Of a stretch of 64,000 nt of DNA, positions 32,087-42,854 are shown one piece after another. A program made the translations under genes and the position numbers. The notes beneath the pieces are model-generated. The model had not been told where the DNA came from. It searched no databases and was given only the letters and a program-made list of their open reading frames with translations. This stretch comes from an uncultured Gemmatimonadales bacterium. Its GTDB lineage: Bacteria > Gemmatimonadota > Gemmatimonadetes > Gemmatimonadales > GWC2-71-9. The DNA is taken from contig CAWGED010000008.1 of the NCBI GenBank assembly GCA_963821525.1, positions 160,001 to 224,000 on the forward strand, written 5' to 3'. The stretch's first letter is position 1; each line of letters begins with the position of its first letter.

Positions 32087-33712
32087 CCCAACTGCGAATC
32101 ACCGGCGGCACGGTCCACGATCCGGCCAATGGAATTGACGGGAAGGTGCAGGACATCTGCATCGAGGACGGCAAGATCGTGAAGAGCGTGCCGCAGGGCG
32201 CCCGGAAGATCGATGCGAGCGGGATGGTCGTGATGCCGGGAGGAGTGGATATCCACTCGCACGTGGCCAGCTCAAGCTGCAATCACGCGAGGCGTCTCCT
32301 GCCCGAGGAGCACCTGAGGGACCCGGCGCCAGCACCGCGGCTCCTGGAAAAGCAGGACGGCCCGCGCTCCGGCACAGGTGGCACCGTTCCGAGCACCTTC
32401 ACGACCGGTTACCGCTACGCGGGGCTGGGCTATACCACAGCCTTTGACGCAGCGGTGGCTCCGCTAAGCGCTCTCCACACCCATCTCGAGCTGGACGACA
32501 CGCCGTGCATTGACGCGGGGTTCTTCGTCCTGCTGGGCAACGATGACTTCCTGTTGCGCCAGATAGCGGCCGGCGAGCCGGCGCGTGCTCGGGACTACAC
32601 TGCGTGGCTGCTGGAACGGACCGGCGGCTACGCGATCAAGATCGTGAACCCAGGCGGCGTCGAGCAGTGGAAGAATGGTGGCCGCAATGTCAACGGACTC
32701 GACGACGCGGTAGGGTCCAGCACCGTCACGCCCCGACGCATTCTCGAGACGTTGGCTGATGTGGGGAACGGGTTAGGTCTTCCCCATCCGGTCCACATTC
32801 ACTGCAACAACCTGGGGCGGCCGGGAAATGCGGCCGTAACGCTGGAGAGCATGAAGGCCGTGGCTGGCCGGCGCGCGCATTTCACCCATCTCCAGTTCCA
32901 TGCTTACGGAGACGGACCCGGTGGTGGAGCGCCCGGGGGCTGGAGCTCCGCCGCGCCAAAACTCATCGAGTACGTCAATCAACACTCGGAAGTCAGCGTG
33001 GACGTGGGGCAGGTGATGTTCGGAGCCGCGACCACAGTCACCGCCGACAGCGCAGTCGAGTACCTGCTGCACGCGAGCAGCGGCCGCAAATGGGTGAATG
33101 TGGACATCGAGCTGGAAAGTGGCTGCGGCATCGTCCCCTACTCGTACCGGGAGAAGGCCGCAGTCGCGGCGCTTCAGTGGGCGGTCGGTCTCGAGCTGTT
33201 CCTGCTTTCGGCCGATCCGTGGCGGGTGGTGCTGTCCACCGATCACCCGAACGGTGGAACCTTTCTCTCCTATCCGGAGTTGATCCGACTGCTGATGGAT
33301 CGAACTTACCGGGACGAGAAGCTCAAGAGCATCAACCTGCGGCTCCTTGCCGGCAGCGCGCTGCTGGATGGACTCGCTCGCGAATACACCCTGAACGAGA
33401 TCGCGATTATTACCCGCGCCGCACCCGCACGGCTGCTTGGCCTGGGCGCCAAGGGTCACCTGGGTCTCGGAGCGGACGCCGATGTGACCGTCTACAGCCG
33501 CAACGACGATATCGCCGCAATGTTCGCCACACCGCGCTACGTGGTGAAGGCCGGCCAGCTGCATCGTTGAGGAAGGCCAGCTCCGGCGTGCACCGGCAGG
33601 AGCCCGATTCTCCATCAGCCCACAATACGACAGATCCATCGAGAGCCATCTGAAGCGGCACTTCGAGCAGTACTCCTCGGTTTCCCTGGCGAACTATGGA
33701 GGGAGAGGATAG
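32083..33712 (+). CDS. fhcA: Formyltransferase/hydrolase complex subunit A (frameshift ~33560)
   Basis: PGGVDIHSH, GYRYAGLGYTT, KIVNPGG, HIHCNNLG, STDHPNGG. Confidence 0.95.
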
Positions 33713-34603
33713 TGCGAATCCGGGGCACCTTCATCGAGGACACCTTCGCCGAAGCGTTCACCATGCGGGCGGCGCGGATCATCATTACCGCGCATAGCCT
33801 GACCTGGGCCCGGCACGCGGCGAGCAAGCTCACCGGATTCGCCACCTCGGTGATTCAATGCAAGTGCGAGGCGGGCGTGGATCGTGAGCTGGACCCGAAG
33901 GAGACGCCGGACGGACGGCCCGGCTTGAGCGTGCTCTTCATGACTATGGGCAAGGATGACATGCCCAAGCGCCTGGTCGAACGGATCGGCCAGACGGTTC
34001 TCACCTGCCCCACCACGGCGTGCTTCGATGGGCTGCCCGAGGTCCCCGACCGGGTGGCTGTAGGCAGTTCGCTCAAGTTCTTCGCCGATGGTTTTCAGGC
34101 GAGCAAGGTGATTAACGGAGAGCGCTTCTGGCGAATTCCCGTGATGGAAGGGGAGTTCCTGGTCCAGGAAAAATTCGGCATGCAGAAGGCGGTGGCTGGC
34201 GGAAATTTTCTGATTCTGGCCGAGACTGCCGAGACGGCGCTGTCCGCCGCGGAAGCGGCGGTCTCGGCGATGACAGGACGCGCCGGGGTCATCATGCCGT
34301 TTCCGGGAGGAATCGTGCGGAGCGGAAGCAAGGTTGGAAGCCGGACCTCCAAGACGATGATTGCCTCAACCAACGATGCCTTTTGCCCTACGCTCAGAGC
34401 GGTGACCGCGAGTCAGATCCCCGAAGGGGTGAACTCGGTGCTGGAAATCGTGTTGAACGGGCTGGACGGGGCGGCCATCGAGGGAGCGATGCGACTGGGC
34501 ATCGATGCGGCGTGCGGAGATGGCGTCCGGAGCATCACGGCGGGTAACTACGGTGGGAAGTTGGGGCCGCATCACTTTCCACCTGAGAAAAATCATGGGG
34601 TAG
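33712..34603 (+). CDS. fhcD: Formylmethanofuran-H4MPT formyltransferase (3' frameshift ~34578)
   Basis: IEDTFAEAF, GFATSVI.C.CEAG, TPDGRPG, RSGSKVGS, AGNYGGKLG. Confidence 0.95.
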
Positions 34604-34680
34604 GGAGGCGGAGACGGGAGACGGAAGGCGGGAGACGGGAGGCGGGAGGCGGAATGGCGGAACGGCGAGACGGAGGCGAA
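34604..34680. repeat. Degenerate GGGAGRC/GGCGGAA tandem repeats between fhcD and fhcC
   Basis: ggagacgggagacggaaggcgggagacgggaggcgggaggcggaatggcggaa. Confidence 0.7.
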
Positions 34681-34698
34681 AGGTGTGATCGGATAGCA

Positions 34699-35470
34699 AT
34701 GGCTGACATAGTCCTGACTCTGAAGACCAGCGCTCTCGCACGCGACCGATCTTTCGTGCGTCGTGCCGGATCGGTTCGCTGAGTTGTCGAACAGCGATCT
34801 GGGGAACCTGCCGGTGTGGAGTGCGGCGGCGCCGCGGACCCGGCTTCGCCTGGGAGACCTGTTCGCGATCGAGGGAGAGCGCTCCAGTTCCGTACACGTG
34901 AAGGGCGATTGCCGCTTGGGAGAAGGGCTGGGAAGAGAAATGCGTGGTGGTCGGCTCGAAGTCGAAGGGAACGTCGGCTCCCACTGCGGCACGGCGATGC
35001 AGGGCGGCACGATCCGCGTCACAGGAGACGCTGGCGATCATCTGGCGGGGGCGTTGCCCGGGGCATCACGAGGCGTAGTGGGCGGAGAGATCGTCGTCTT
35101 CGGCACCGCCGGTACCTGGGTTGCCGAGCGGATGCGCCGGGGACTGGTCTACGTCGGCGGGTCGACTGGAGAGTTTGCAGGACGTGGGATGATCGCGGGA
35201 ACGCTGGTGATCGGCGGCCAGCCCGGCGCGGGAACGGGAGAAGGTATCAAGCGAGGAAGCCTGGTGGCGCTCGGCTCTATCAAGCCCCCCGAGGGGTTCC
35301 GCTTGGCCTGCACCTACCGTCCACCGCATGTCCCCCTCATTCTTACTCGCCTCAAAACGGCGTTTGGCGCACGCCTCACGGACGCGCAGGTCCATGGATT
35401 GTACCGCCGCCATAGCGGCGACCTCGCCGAGTTGGGCAAGGGTGAAATCCTCGAATGGTGCACGGCATGA
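34699..35470 (+). CDS. fhcC: Formyltransferase/hydrolase complex subunit C (5' frameshift)
   Basis: LGDLFAIEG, GXGXG repeats MRGG/MQGG, RMRRG, MIAGT, GDLAELGKGEI. Confidence 0.93.
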
Positions 35471-36423
35471 CCGGACTGGGCATGAATGGGCGCGCTCGCC
35501 AGCTGGCGGAGCGCATGGTGGCGGAGGCCGATCGGCTCCGGGTTGCGGTGCATACCCTCGAGAACGGGACCCGGGTCATCGATGCGGGAGCACAGGTGGA
35601 TGGGGGTTTTGAAGCCGGCCTCCTGCTGAGCGAGATCTGCATGGGCGGCCTCGGCCGAGTGGTCAATGCGACGATTTCGATCGGAGGAGAAAACTGGCCG
35701 GGAGTGCAGGTCACCACAGATCACCCGGCGATCTCCTGCATGGCGTCCCAGTATGCCGGCTGGGCGATCTCGACCGGGAAGTATTTCGCGATGGGGTCGG
35801 GACCGATCCGGTCACATGCGCGGGTTGAAAAGGAGCTCTTCTCCAAGCTGACCTACGCCGAGGAGACCGATCACGGCGTTCTGGTGCTGGAAGGACGGGA
35901 GCTTCCCACGGCAGAGGTGGCCGAATGGATCGCTACCAGGGCGCGACTCAAGCCGGCGCAGCTCACAATCGTCATCGCGCCCACGGCCAGCCTCGCGGGC
36001 GGGAGCCAGATCTCGGCTCGGGTGCTGGAGACGGGCCTGCACAAGATCGAAACCCTGGGCTTCGACGTGCAGCGGATCGTGAGCGGAATCGGCACTGCTC
36101 CGCTCGCCCCGCCGGCCAGGAACGACCTGAGGGCAATCGGCCGCACCAACGATTGCATCCTCTACGGCGGCGAGGCCCACTATCTGGTTCGGGCCGACGA
36201 CGGAGAGCTGGCCGAACTCGCGCCCAAGGTCCCAGCGTCGGCGTCGCGAGACTATGGCAAGCCGTTCTACGAGATCTTCGAGCGGTATAACAAGGACTTC
36301 TACAAGATCGACCCGCTTCTCTTCAGTCCCGCCGAGGTTTGGCTGACCAGTGTGGCGTCGGGGAAGACCTATCACGCGGGCGGCGTGAATCCCGATGTAC
36401 TCAAACAGTCGCTGTATCCCTGA
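35467..36423 (+). CDS. mch: Methenyl-H4MPT cyclohydrolase
   Basis: CMASQYAGW, MGSGP, APTASLAG, GRTNDCILYGG, DFYKIDPLLFSPA. Confidence 0.97.
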   Translation: MTGLGMNGRARQLAERMVAEADRLRVAVHTLENGTRVIDAGAQVDGGFEAGLLLSEICMGGLGRVVNATISIGGENWPGVQVTTDHPAISCMASQYAGWAISTGKYFAMGSGPIRSHARVEKELFSKLTYAEETDHGVLVLEGRELPTAEVAEWIATRARLKPAQLTIVIAPTASLAGGSQISARVLETGLHKIETLGFDVQRIVSGIGTAPLAPPARNDLRAIGRTNDCILYGGEAHYLVRADDGELAELAPKVPASASRDYGKPFYEIFERYNKDFYKIDPLLFSPAEVWLTSVASGKTYHAGGVNPDVLKQSLYP

Positions 36424-36454
36424 CTTCTCCTCAATCGCGGAAAGGAAGTAACGC

Positions 36455-37238
36455 ATGCGTCGTATCTCCCTCGTTAGTGCCTTCGCCATGTTGGCTGCGG
36501 CGGCTTGCAGCAAGCCGGCGGACAAGCCGGCGGCCGACACCACCGCCATGGCCCCGGCCGCGGCCAAGCCGGAGCCGATGGCGTTCGTCACGGTGATCTA
36601 CAACCAGCCGAAGAGCGCCAGCGCCTTCGAGAAGTACTACTGGGAGAAGCACATCCCGCTGGTGGGCTCGAAGCAGGCCGAAATCGGCTTCGTGGGAGCC
36701 GAGCTGACCAAGTTCGACGCCACGCTGGATGGCAAGAAGCCAACCTACTACCGGCAGGCGGTACTCTGGTTCAAGAACATGGCAGATCTGGAGAAGGGCA
36801 TCGCGACTCCAGGCTTCAAGGCCGTCGGAGACGACCTCGCCAACTTCGCGAGCGGCGGGCTCATCGGGATGGTCGGTGAGGAGACCGGCGACCATTCCGA
36901 TCTGCTACAGGGCGACTCGACGGCATTCCTGACGGTGATCTACAACAATCCCAAGGATCCGGCGCGCGTTCGAATCGTACTACTCGGCGACGCACCTTCC
37001 CCTGGTGGTACAGGGAGCCGGGGAAATTGCGTTCACCCGCGCCGAGCTGACCAAGTACAACAAGAACCTCGATGGATCGGCCCCCTCGCTGTACCGCCAG
37101 GCCAAGCTGTACTTCCCGAACGCAGCCGCGCTCAAGAAGGGCACCGGAACCGCGGCGTTCAAGGCGGTGGGAGACGATCTGCCCAAGTTCGCCGATGGGG
37201 GATTGGTGGCGTTGGTGGGGCACCTGACCAGTAAGTAA
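36455..37238 (+). CDS. Lipoprotein with two tandem EthD-like domains (frameshift ~36965)
   Basis: Lipobox LAAAAC; duplicated TVIYN.PK...FE.YY...H.PLV ... FKAVGDDL..FA.GG. Confidence 0.8.
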
Positions 37239-37239
37239 T

Positions 37240-37313
37240 CGAAGATTGAAGATTTCAGATTGAAGATTTGGAAGGTGGAACAATCTTCAATCTGAAATCT
37301 GCAATCTGAAATC
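37240..37313. repeat. Inverted heptamer element (AGATTGA/AGATTTC ... AATCTGA/AATCTTC)
   Basis: gaagattgaagatttcagattgaagatt ... aatcttcaatctgaaatctgcaatctgaaatc. Confidence 0.88.
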
Positions 37314-37319
37314 GTCTCC

Positions 37320-38177
37320 ATGTCCGCAATAATCATCCTTGCTTCCAAGACCGGCTGGCACACCGACCAGTTGGAGCAAGCCGTGCGGAAGCGAGGCATG
37401 GAGCCGGTCATTCTGCCCTGGGAAGCACTCGTCGCACGGCTGGGATCAGCCAGCGGCGTGATTGGAAACGGAATCGCGCTGCGCGACATCCACGGAATCC
37501 TTCCTCGCATCATTCCGAACGGTTCGCTGGAACAGATCATCTTCCGAGTGGACCTGCTGCATCGCCTCGAGGCCGAAGGGACCCGGGTAATGAACTCGGC
37601 TCGTGCCATCGAGCGCTCGGTAGACAAGGCGTGGACTTCGGCACTGCTGGAGCAGGCCGGACTGCCGACTCCGGACACGGTGGTGTGTGAACGCAGCGAG
37701 GATGCATTCGTCGCGCTGCGCGAAATGGGGGACGTAGTCGTGAAGCCGCTGTTCGGATCCATGGGCCTGGGCATGATGCGGGTCAGTGAGGAGGACACTG
37801 CCTTCCGGGTCTTCCGGGCGATCGAAATGACCCGCGGTGTTTTCTACCTGCAGCGATTCATTCCTCACCAGGGAGCAGACATCAGAGCGTTTGTGGTAGG
37901 GGACCAGGTCATCGGAGCCATCTACCGGAGCGCTCCGGGATGGAAGACCAACGTGTCGCGCGGCGGCACGGCGCGCCCCTGCTCGATCGACCCGGTGCTG
38001 GCGAATCTTGCTGTAAAGGCGGCGAAGGCTGTCGGGGCCGAGTACGCCGGCGTGGATCTGCTTCCAGCGAACGACGGGACGGTCTATGTCCTCGAGGTGA
38101 ACGGGATCCCCGGATGGCAGGGGCTGCACGAAGCGACCGGTACCGACGTAGCAGGCGCAATCGTGGATCGGTTGTGA
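37320..38177 (+). CDS. RimK-family ATP-grasp glutamate ligase (Orf5/MyfA-like)
   Basis: GSLEQIIFRVD, VVKPLFGSMG, DIRAFVVG, WKTNVSRGG, EVNGIPGW. Confidence 0.9.
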   Translation: MSAIIILASKTGWHTDQLEQAVRKRGMEPVILPWEALVARLGSASGVIGNGIALRDIHGILPRIIPNGSLEQIIFRVDLLHRLEAEGTRVMNSARAIERSVDKAWTSALLEQAGLPTPDTVVCERSEDAFVALREMGDVVVKPLFGSMGLGMMRVSEEDTAFRVFRAIEMTRGVFYLQRFIPHQGADIRAFVVGDQVIGAIYRSAPGWKTNVSRGGTARPCSIDPVLANLAVKAAKAVGAEYAGVDLLPANDGTVYVLEVNGIPGWQGLHEATGTDVAGAIVDRL

Positions 38178-39026
38178 CGGCTCAAATCGACATCGCCACC
38201 CTCGCGCAGCTCTCCTGCCTCCTCGAGGTAAGCGCGCCCAAGCCAGGCAACGTCTCTCCCGGAATGCGCTTCCGGGACATGAGCTACGAGGACTTTCTGG
38301 TCAGCGCACTCGCCATCGGTCCCGCCATCGGCGAGGCGGGGAAGGTCCCGCTCGGCATCACCATTGAACGGGCATTGGCCGCGACGAGAGAGGTCACCCG
38401 TGCCAACACCAACCTCGGACTGGTTCTTCTGCTGACTCCGCTGGCGGCTGCCTCAATTCTGACGGCGGGTACCCTCAGAGAGCGGGTGCAGCGGGTGCTT
38501 CGGGCTACCACGATCGACGATGCCCGGCTGGTGTACAACGCCATTCGAAGCGCCAACCCCGGCGGGATGGGCAAGGTTTCCGATGAAGACCTCGGAGAGC
38601 AGCCCAAGGTGACGCTGCTGAAGGCGATGGACCTGGCCAAGGAACGGGATTCGGTCGCGCGGGAATACGCGACCGATTTCGAGATCACCTTCGATCACGG
38701 AGTGCCGGCGTTGAGAGCTGCGCGGCAGGCTGGGCTGGGATGGCTCGACGCGGTGACCGAAGCCGGTCTTAATCTGTTGTCCGAAGTGCCCGACACGCTG
38801 ATCGCCCGGAAAGCCGGGAAGGAGGTTGCGCTTCAGGTCTCTGCCGGGGCCCGGGGGGTTCTCGAGACGGGAGGAGTTCGCAGCCAGGCGGGGCGTCAAG
38901 GCACTCGCGGAGTTTGACGCCAGCCTCCGCGACCCCCAGAATTCGCGGAATCCAGGCACGACTGCCGACCTGATCGCCGCGGCTACGTTCGTGACCCTGC
39001 TGGAGGATGGTTGGAACCCCACCTAG
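38174..39026 (+). CDS. CitG-like triphosphoribosyl-dephospho-CoA synthase homologue (Orf7-like; frameshift ~38890)
   Basis: LEVSAPKPGNV, NTNLGLVLL, PDTLIARK, NPGTTADL. Confidence 0.88.
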
Positions 39027-39037
39027 AGGTTGACACC

Positions 39038-39526
39038 GTGCGCAGTGATTTCAAGGTGTCGGTCAGCAAAGACTATCTGGTCTTCTCGTCCGCCCACTTC
39101 ATCACGTTTCGCGGCCACCAGTGCGAGACGCTGCATGGGCACAACTATCGGCTCGGCGTCACCGTCGAGGGGGCGGTAGATGACGAGACCCTTTTCGTCG
39201 TGGATTTCTCCATCCTCAAGAAACTGGTCAGGAAGCTGGTGGATGAAATCGACCACAAGGTTCTGCTCCCGCTTCACAATCCCAAACTGAGCTTCGCCGA
39301 AAACGGCGACAGCCTGACCGTGTCCTATTTCGGCGCGCCAACCTATGTGTTTCCCAAGGTGGACTGTGCGATGATGCCGATTCAGAACACGACCGCCGAG
39401 GCGATCGCGGAATATTTCGCGGGTCGGGTGCGGAAGGATCTGGAAGCGATCGGGATGCGGAACCTGTCGGCGCTGGAGCTCGAGGTTGAGGAGTCGTTTG
39501 GCCAGGCGGCGACGTTCGGTTGGTGA
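39038..39526 (+). CDS. 6-pyruvoyl-tetrahydropterin synthase family protein
   Basis: FSSAHF, CETLHGHNY, DFSILK, IDHKVL, NTTAE. Confidence 0.9.
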   Translation: MRSDFKVSVSKDYLVFSSAHFITFRGHQCETLHGHNYRLGVTVEGAVDDETLFVVDFSILKKLVRKLVDEIDHKVLLPLHNPKLSFAENGDSLTVSYFGAPTYVFPKVDCAMMPIQNTTAEAIAEYFAGRVRKDLEAIGMRNLSALELEVEESFGQAATFGW

Positions 39527-39535
39527 TGGATTAAG

Positions 39536-39624
39536 GAGATTTCAGATTGAAGATTTCAGATTGAAGATTGATCAACAGTACAGCCGGTCAAAATCTTCAA
39601 TCTGAACATCTTAAATCTGAAATC
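39536..39624. repeat. Inverted heptamer element, same family as 37240
   Basis: gagatttcagattgaagatttcagattgaagatt ... aatcttcaatctgaacatcttaaatctgaaatc. Confidence 0.88.
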
Positions 39625-40360
39625 CCCGATGAATCGCGGTCCCTATCAGAACGCCTCTCGCCCCCGCACCCAACAACGCCTGCACGTCCCCCCGATCGCG
39701 TACGCCACCTCCGGCATAGAGTGGCAGCTCGTACTTGGCCTGGAGTTGTTGAATCAGAGGTCCGGTCGAGGGTCCGGCCCCCGAGCCCACGTCGGCCAGG
39801 TCGATCACGATGAGACCGCCGACTCCGATGGATACAACGCGATCGACCAGCTCCTCGGGCGAGATTCGCTCGAGGCGAGGTCCGGTGTCGAGGTGATGGA
39901 CGGGACGACCTTGGTGAAGATCGAGGCTGAACAGGACCCGATCGCTTCCCGCCAAACCGACCATTTTCTCGAGGTCGCTCCAGGCATCGAGGCTCTCCAG
40001 GCCGGCGATGACCTGTCCCATCCCCAAATCGAGGAGATCTTTCACACCGGCAATGCCGGCGGCGCCGGCGTCCACCAGCAGTCCGGGGCCGAATCCCTCC
40101 ACAGGATCTGCGAGTGTGCCGAGCAGCTTCGAGTGCAGGCCTTTCTCCTGAATCGCATCGAGGTCCGCGACATAGCACTGCGTCGCACCCAGCCGCTCTC
40201 GATAGGCACGGGCCAGCGCCACCGCGTTGCCACTCTGCCCCGGAGTCAGTACAGATTCGACCGGCCGGTACTCTTTCCGCCGGCCGCCGATGGCGTGCAC
40301 CGCCTGGCCGTGGGCGAGGTCGAGTACGGGGATGAGGGGGTTGGTGGGGTTGGTAGACAT
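39611..40360 (-). CDS. HisA/HisF-like TIM barrel of H4MPT clusters (Orf17-like)
   Basis: IPVLDLAHGQAVHA.GG.R..Y.P, YVADLDAI, DLADVGSGAG, AGGGVR. Confidence 0.85.
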   Translation of the reverse strand: MSTNPTNPLIPVLDLAHGQAVHAIGGRRKEYRPVESVLTPGQSGNAVALARAYRERLGATQCYVADLDAIQEKGLHSKLLGTLADPVEGFGPGLLVDAGAAGIAGVKDLLDLGMGQVIAGLESLDAWSDLEKMVGLAGSDRVLFSLDLHQGRPVHHLDTGPRLERISPEELVDRVVSIGVGGLIVIDLADVGSGAGPSTGPLIQQLQAKYELPLYAGGGVRDRGDVQALLGAGARGVLIGTAIHRGFQI

Positions 40361-40382
40361 TGCCGAGAAAGAGAAGGAGGTT

Positions 40383-40470
40383 GTAGGGAGTAGGGAATAG
40401 GAAGTAGGGCTGTGGCCTCACGCTTGGAGGCTGCCCCCTACTCCCCACTGCCTACTCCCTACTTCCTACT
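40383..40470. repeat. Inverted heptamer element (GTAGGGA ... TCCCTAC)
   Basis: gtagggagtagggaataggaagtaggg ... ccctactccccactgcctactccctacttcctac. Confidence 0.85.
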
Positions 40471-40479
40471 GACCTGAAT

Positions 40480-42110
40480 ATGCGCCTTACTGACGCTCCG
40501 ACCATCGGCTGGGATATCGGCGGGGTCCACACAAAGGCGGTTCGCCGGACGCCGGATGGCACGCTGACGGTGAGAGCACGCACGTTCGCCATTGAGCACG
40601 AGGTCGCTTCGCTCGCGGTCATGCTGGAACAGATGAAGCAGGAAATTGGCGCAGGAGAGGGTGATCGTCACGGGGTTACTATGACGGCCGAGTTGTCGCA
40701 GGCATTCCGGACCAAGCGGGCAGGGGTCGAGAAGATTCTCGACGCGGTTGGGAGCACGCTCGGAGAAAAAACCGGAATCTTCGCCACCGACGGGCGGTTT
40801 CTCTCGATTGCCGAAGCTCGACAGAACCCGCTGGCGGTCGCCGCGTCGAATTGGGTCGCCACGGCAATGGTGGTCTCACGCATCTGCCCCGATGCCATCC
40901 TCATCGACACAGGATCAACCACTACCGACCTGATCCCCATCGTCTCCGGCCATGTCGCGGCGCTGGGGAAGACGGATCCCGAACGTCTCGCGTCCGGTGA
41001 ACTGGTGTACACCGGTGTCGTTCGGACTCCCGTGGAAGCGATCGCCAGCACTCTGCCGTGGCGCGGTGGCACTGTCGGCGTCTCCGCCGAGGGATTCGCT
41101 CTGAGTGGCGACCTCTATCTCTGGCTGGGACAGATCGCGACCGAGGATTACACCGCGCCGACACCCGATCGCCGCCCAGCAACTCGACCCATTCGCGGGT
41201 GAGCGGCTGGCGCGAGTGATCTGCGCCGACCGGGAGATGCTCGAGGAAGAGGAGATCACCGAGCTGGCTCGAAGCATCGACGAGGCGCAGGTCGAGCGGG
41301 TGGCGGCCTCGCTGCGCTCCGTCCTGGAGCGGCATCCCGCGATTCGTCAGGCCGTAGTGACCGGAATCGGCGATTTTCTTGGAGCCGCCGCAGCCCGTCG
41401 GGTCGGCCTCGAGGTGCGCTCCCTCGCGGAACACCTCGGGCCCGATGCATCCCGGGTGGCGCCGGCGGCGGCGATTGCACTCTTATTGAGTGAGTCAAAC
41501 GGAATCCGTTCCGCCGCTCGCAGGATCTCACGAGAGATCAAACCAGCAGAGGGAGGCCTCACTGTCGTCAAGATCGGCGGTGGGATTCTTGGTATCCCCG
41601 GTGCTCTCGAGCGGGTGACCCGCGCCGTCGCGAAGGCTTCGAAAACGGCTCGCCTCGTAGTGTTCCCCGGAGGAGGTCCGTTTGCAGATACAGTCCGGGA
41701 TGTCGACGGGAAGCTCGGGCTTACTCCATCATCCGCCCACTGGATGGCGATCCTGGGCATGGATCAGTACGCCCACGTCCTCGCAGAGCAGATAGCCGGT
41801 GCGGTGATCGTCGATGGATCGGCCGGAGATCGCCGAGGTTCACGAGCGCGGCGGGGTGCCGGTGCTGGCGCCACATCGATGGCTCAAAAGCGCCGACGAG
41901 TTGCCGCACACCTGGTCGGTAACCAGCGACAGTCTCGCCGCCTATATCGCTGCTCTGCTCGGCGCGCACCGTTTGGTGGTGATCAAACCTCAGGAAGGCG
42001 GGATGGAACTGATGGATGCCCACTTCACGAGGGCCCTGCCCGACGGGATAGAGCTCAGGGTGCTCGGGCCGAAACAGCTCGAGCAGCTGGAGGATGTGCT
42101 CGCCGGCTGA
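40480..42110 (+). CDS. Hydantoinase-like MfnF/Orf9 homologue apparently fused to an amino-acid-kinase MfnE/Orf21 homologue (frameshifts ~41190, ~41820)
   Basis: GWDIGG, TMTAELS, AASNW, DTGSTTTD, GELVYTG.RTP, RLARVICAD; then VVKIGG, PGGGPFAD, AHWMAILGM, WSVTSDS. Confidence 0.85.
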
Positions 42111-42807
42111 GATTGGCTTGACAAGCGTCTCGACCAAGCGAGCCACCGCGGCGGAACTTACCCGTGAAGCGCGGCCGGACTCGCACGCCGCTCCTCGCAC
42201 CCCCATCACGTCCGCATCGGTCTCAATCGCGGCCGCGATGTCCTCGACCTTCAGACTGCCGGCCACCGCGAAGGTAAACGCCGCGGGCAGGTTAGAGTGG
42301 ATGGCCCTCAGGTCTCGCGTCGTGCAGTAGTCGAACAGAGATCCCGACGCCTTCCTCGCCGTGTCAACCAGAAAGCCATCGGCTCCTTCCCGGACCGCCA
42401 ATTCCGCAATCTGGGCCAGAGTCAGGCCGTCGGTTTTCTGAATGTCGGCAAAGCCGACGACCACCAACCCGGGTTCGCCGGGCAGTCGCGACGCACGGGC
42501 AACTCCAGCGGCAATGCTCCGAGCACAACTGGCAGCGTCGAAACCATGGAGTCCGAGCTTGACGAAGGAGAGCGGAACGTCGATCCCATCAAACTGAGCC
42601 GAGTACTTCCTCCGGGAAGCGCACGTCGCCAAGCGCAGCGCTCAGCGGAATCGAGGAAGCAACTGTCTCACGAATGGCTTGCAGCACCGATAGGGAGACA
42701 CGGCCCAAGGCACCAGTCGTGGGATCCTTGGCGTCGATGATGTCGGCGCCACCTTCGACTGCCGCCTGTGCTTCGGCCGCATCTGCAACACTCACCAGCA
42801 GCTTCAC
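42110..42807 (-). CDS. mfnB: (5-formylfuran-3-yl)methyl phosphate synthase, DUF556 (frameshift ~42620; stop not clear, ORF runs to 41721)
   Basis: KLLVSV...EA..A..GGADIIDAKDP..GALG, SAALGD, VDTARK, AGSL, GVRGAAC. Confidence 0.85.
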
Positions 42808-42854
42808 CTGGCCTCCCTTGTTCGGCCCGCAGTGCCCGGTATGTTACGACTCCC

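Noticed and set aside
37240..39624. CRISPR array or IS terminal repeats formed by the two AGATTGA elements
   Set aside because: No repeat-spacer periodicity, no cas or transposase gene; each element is a self-contained palindrome
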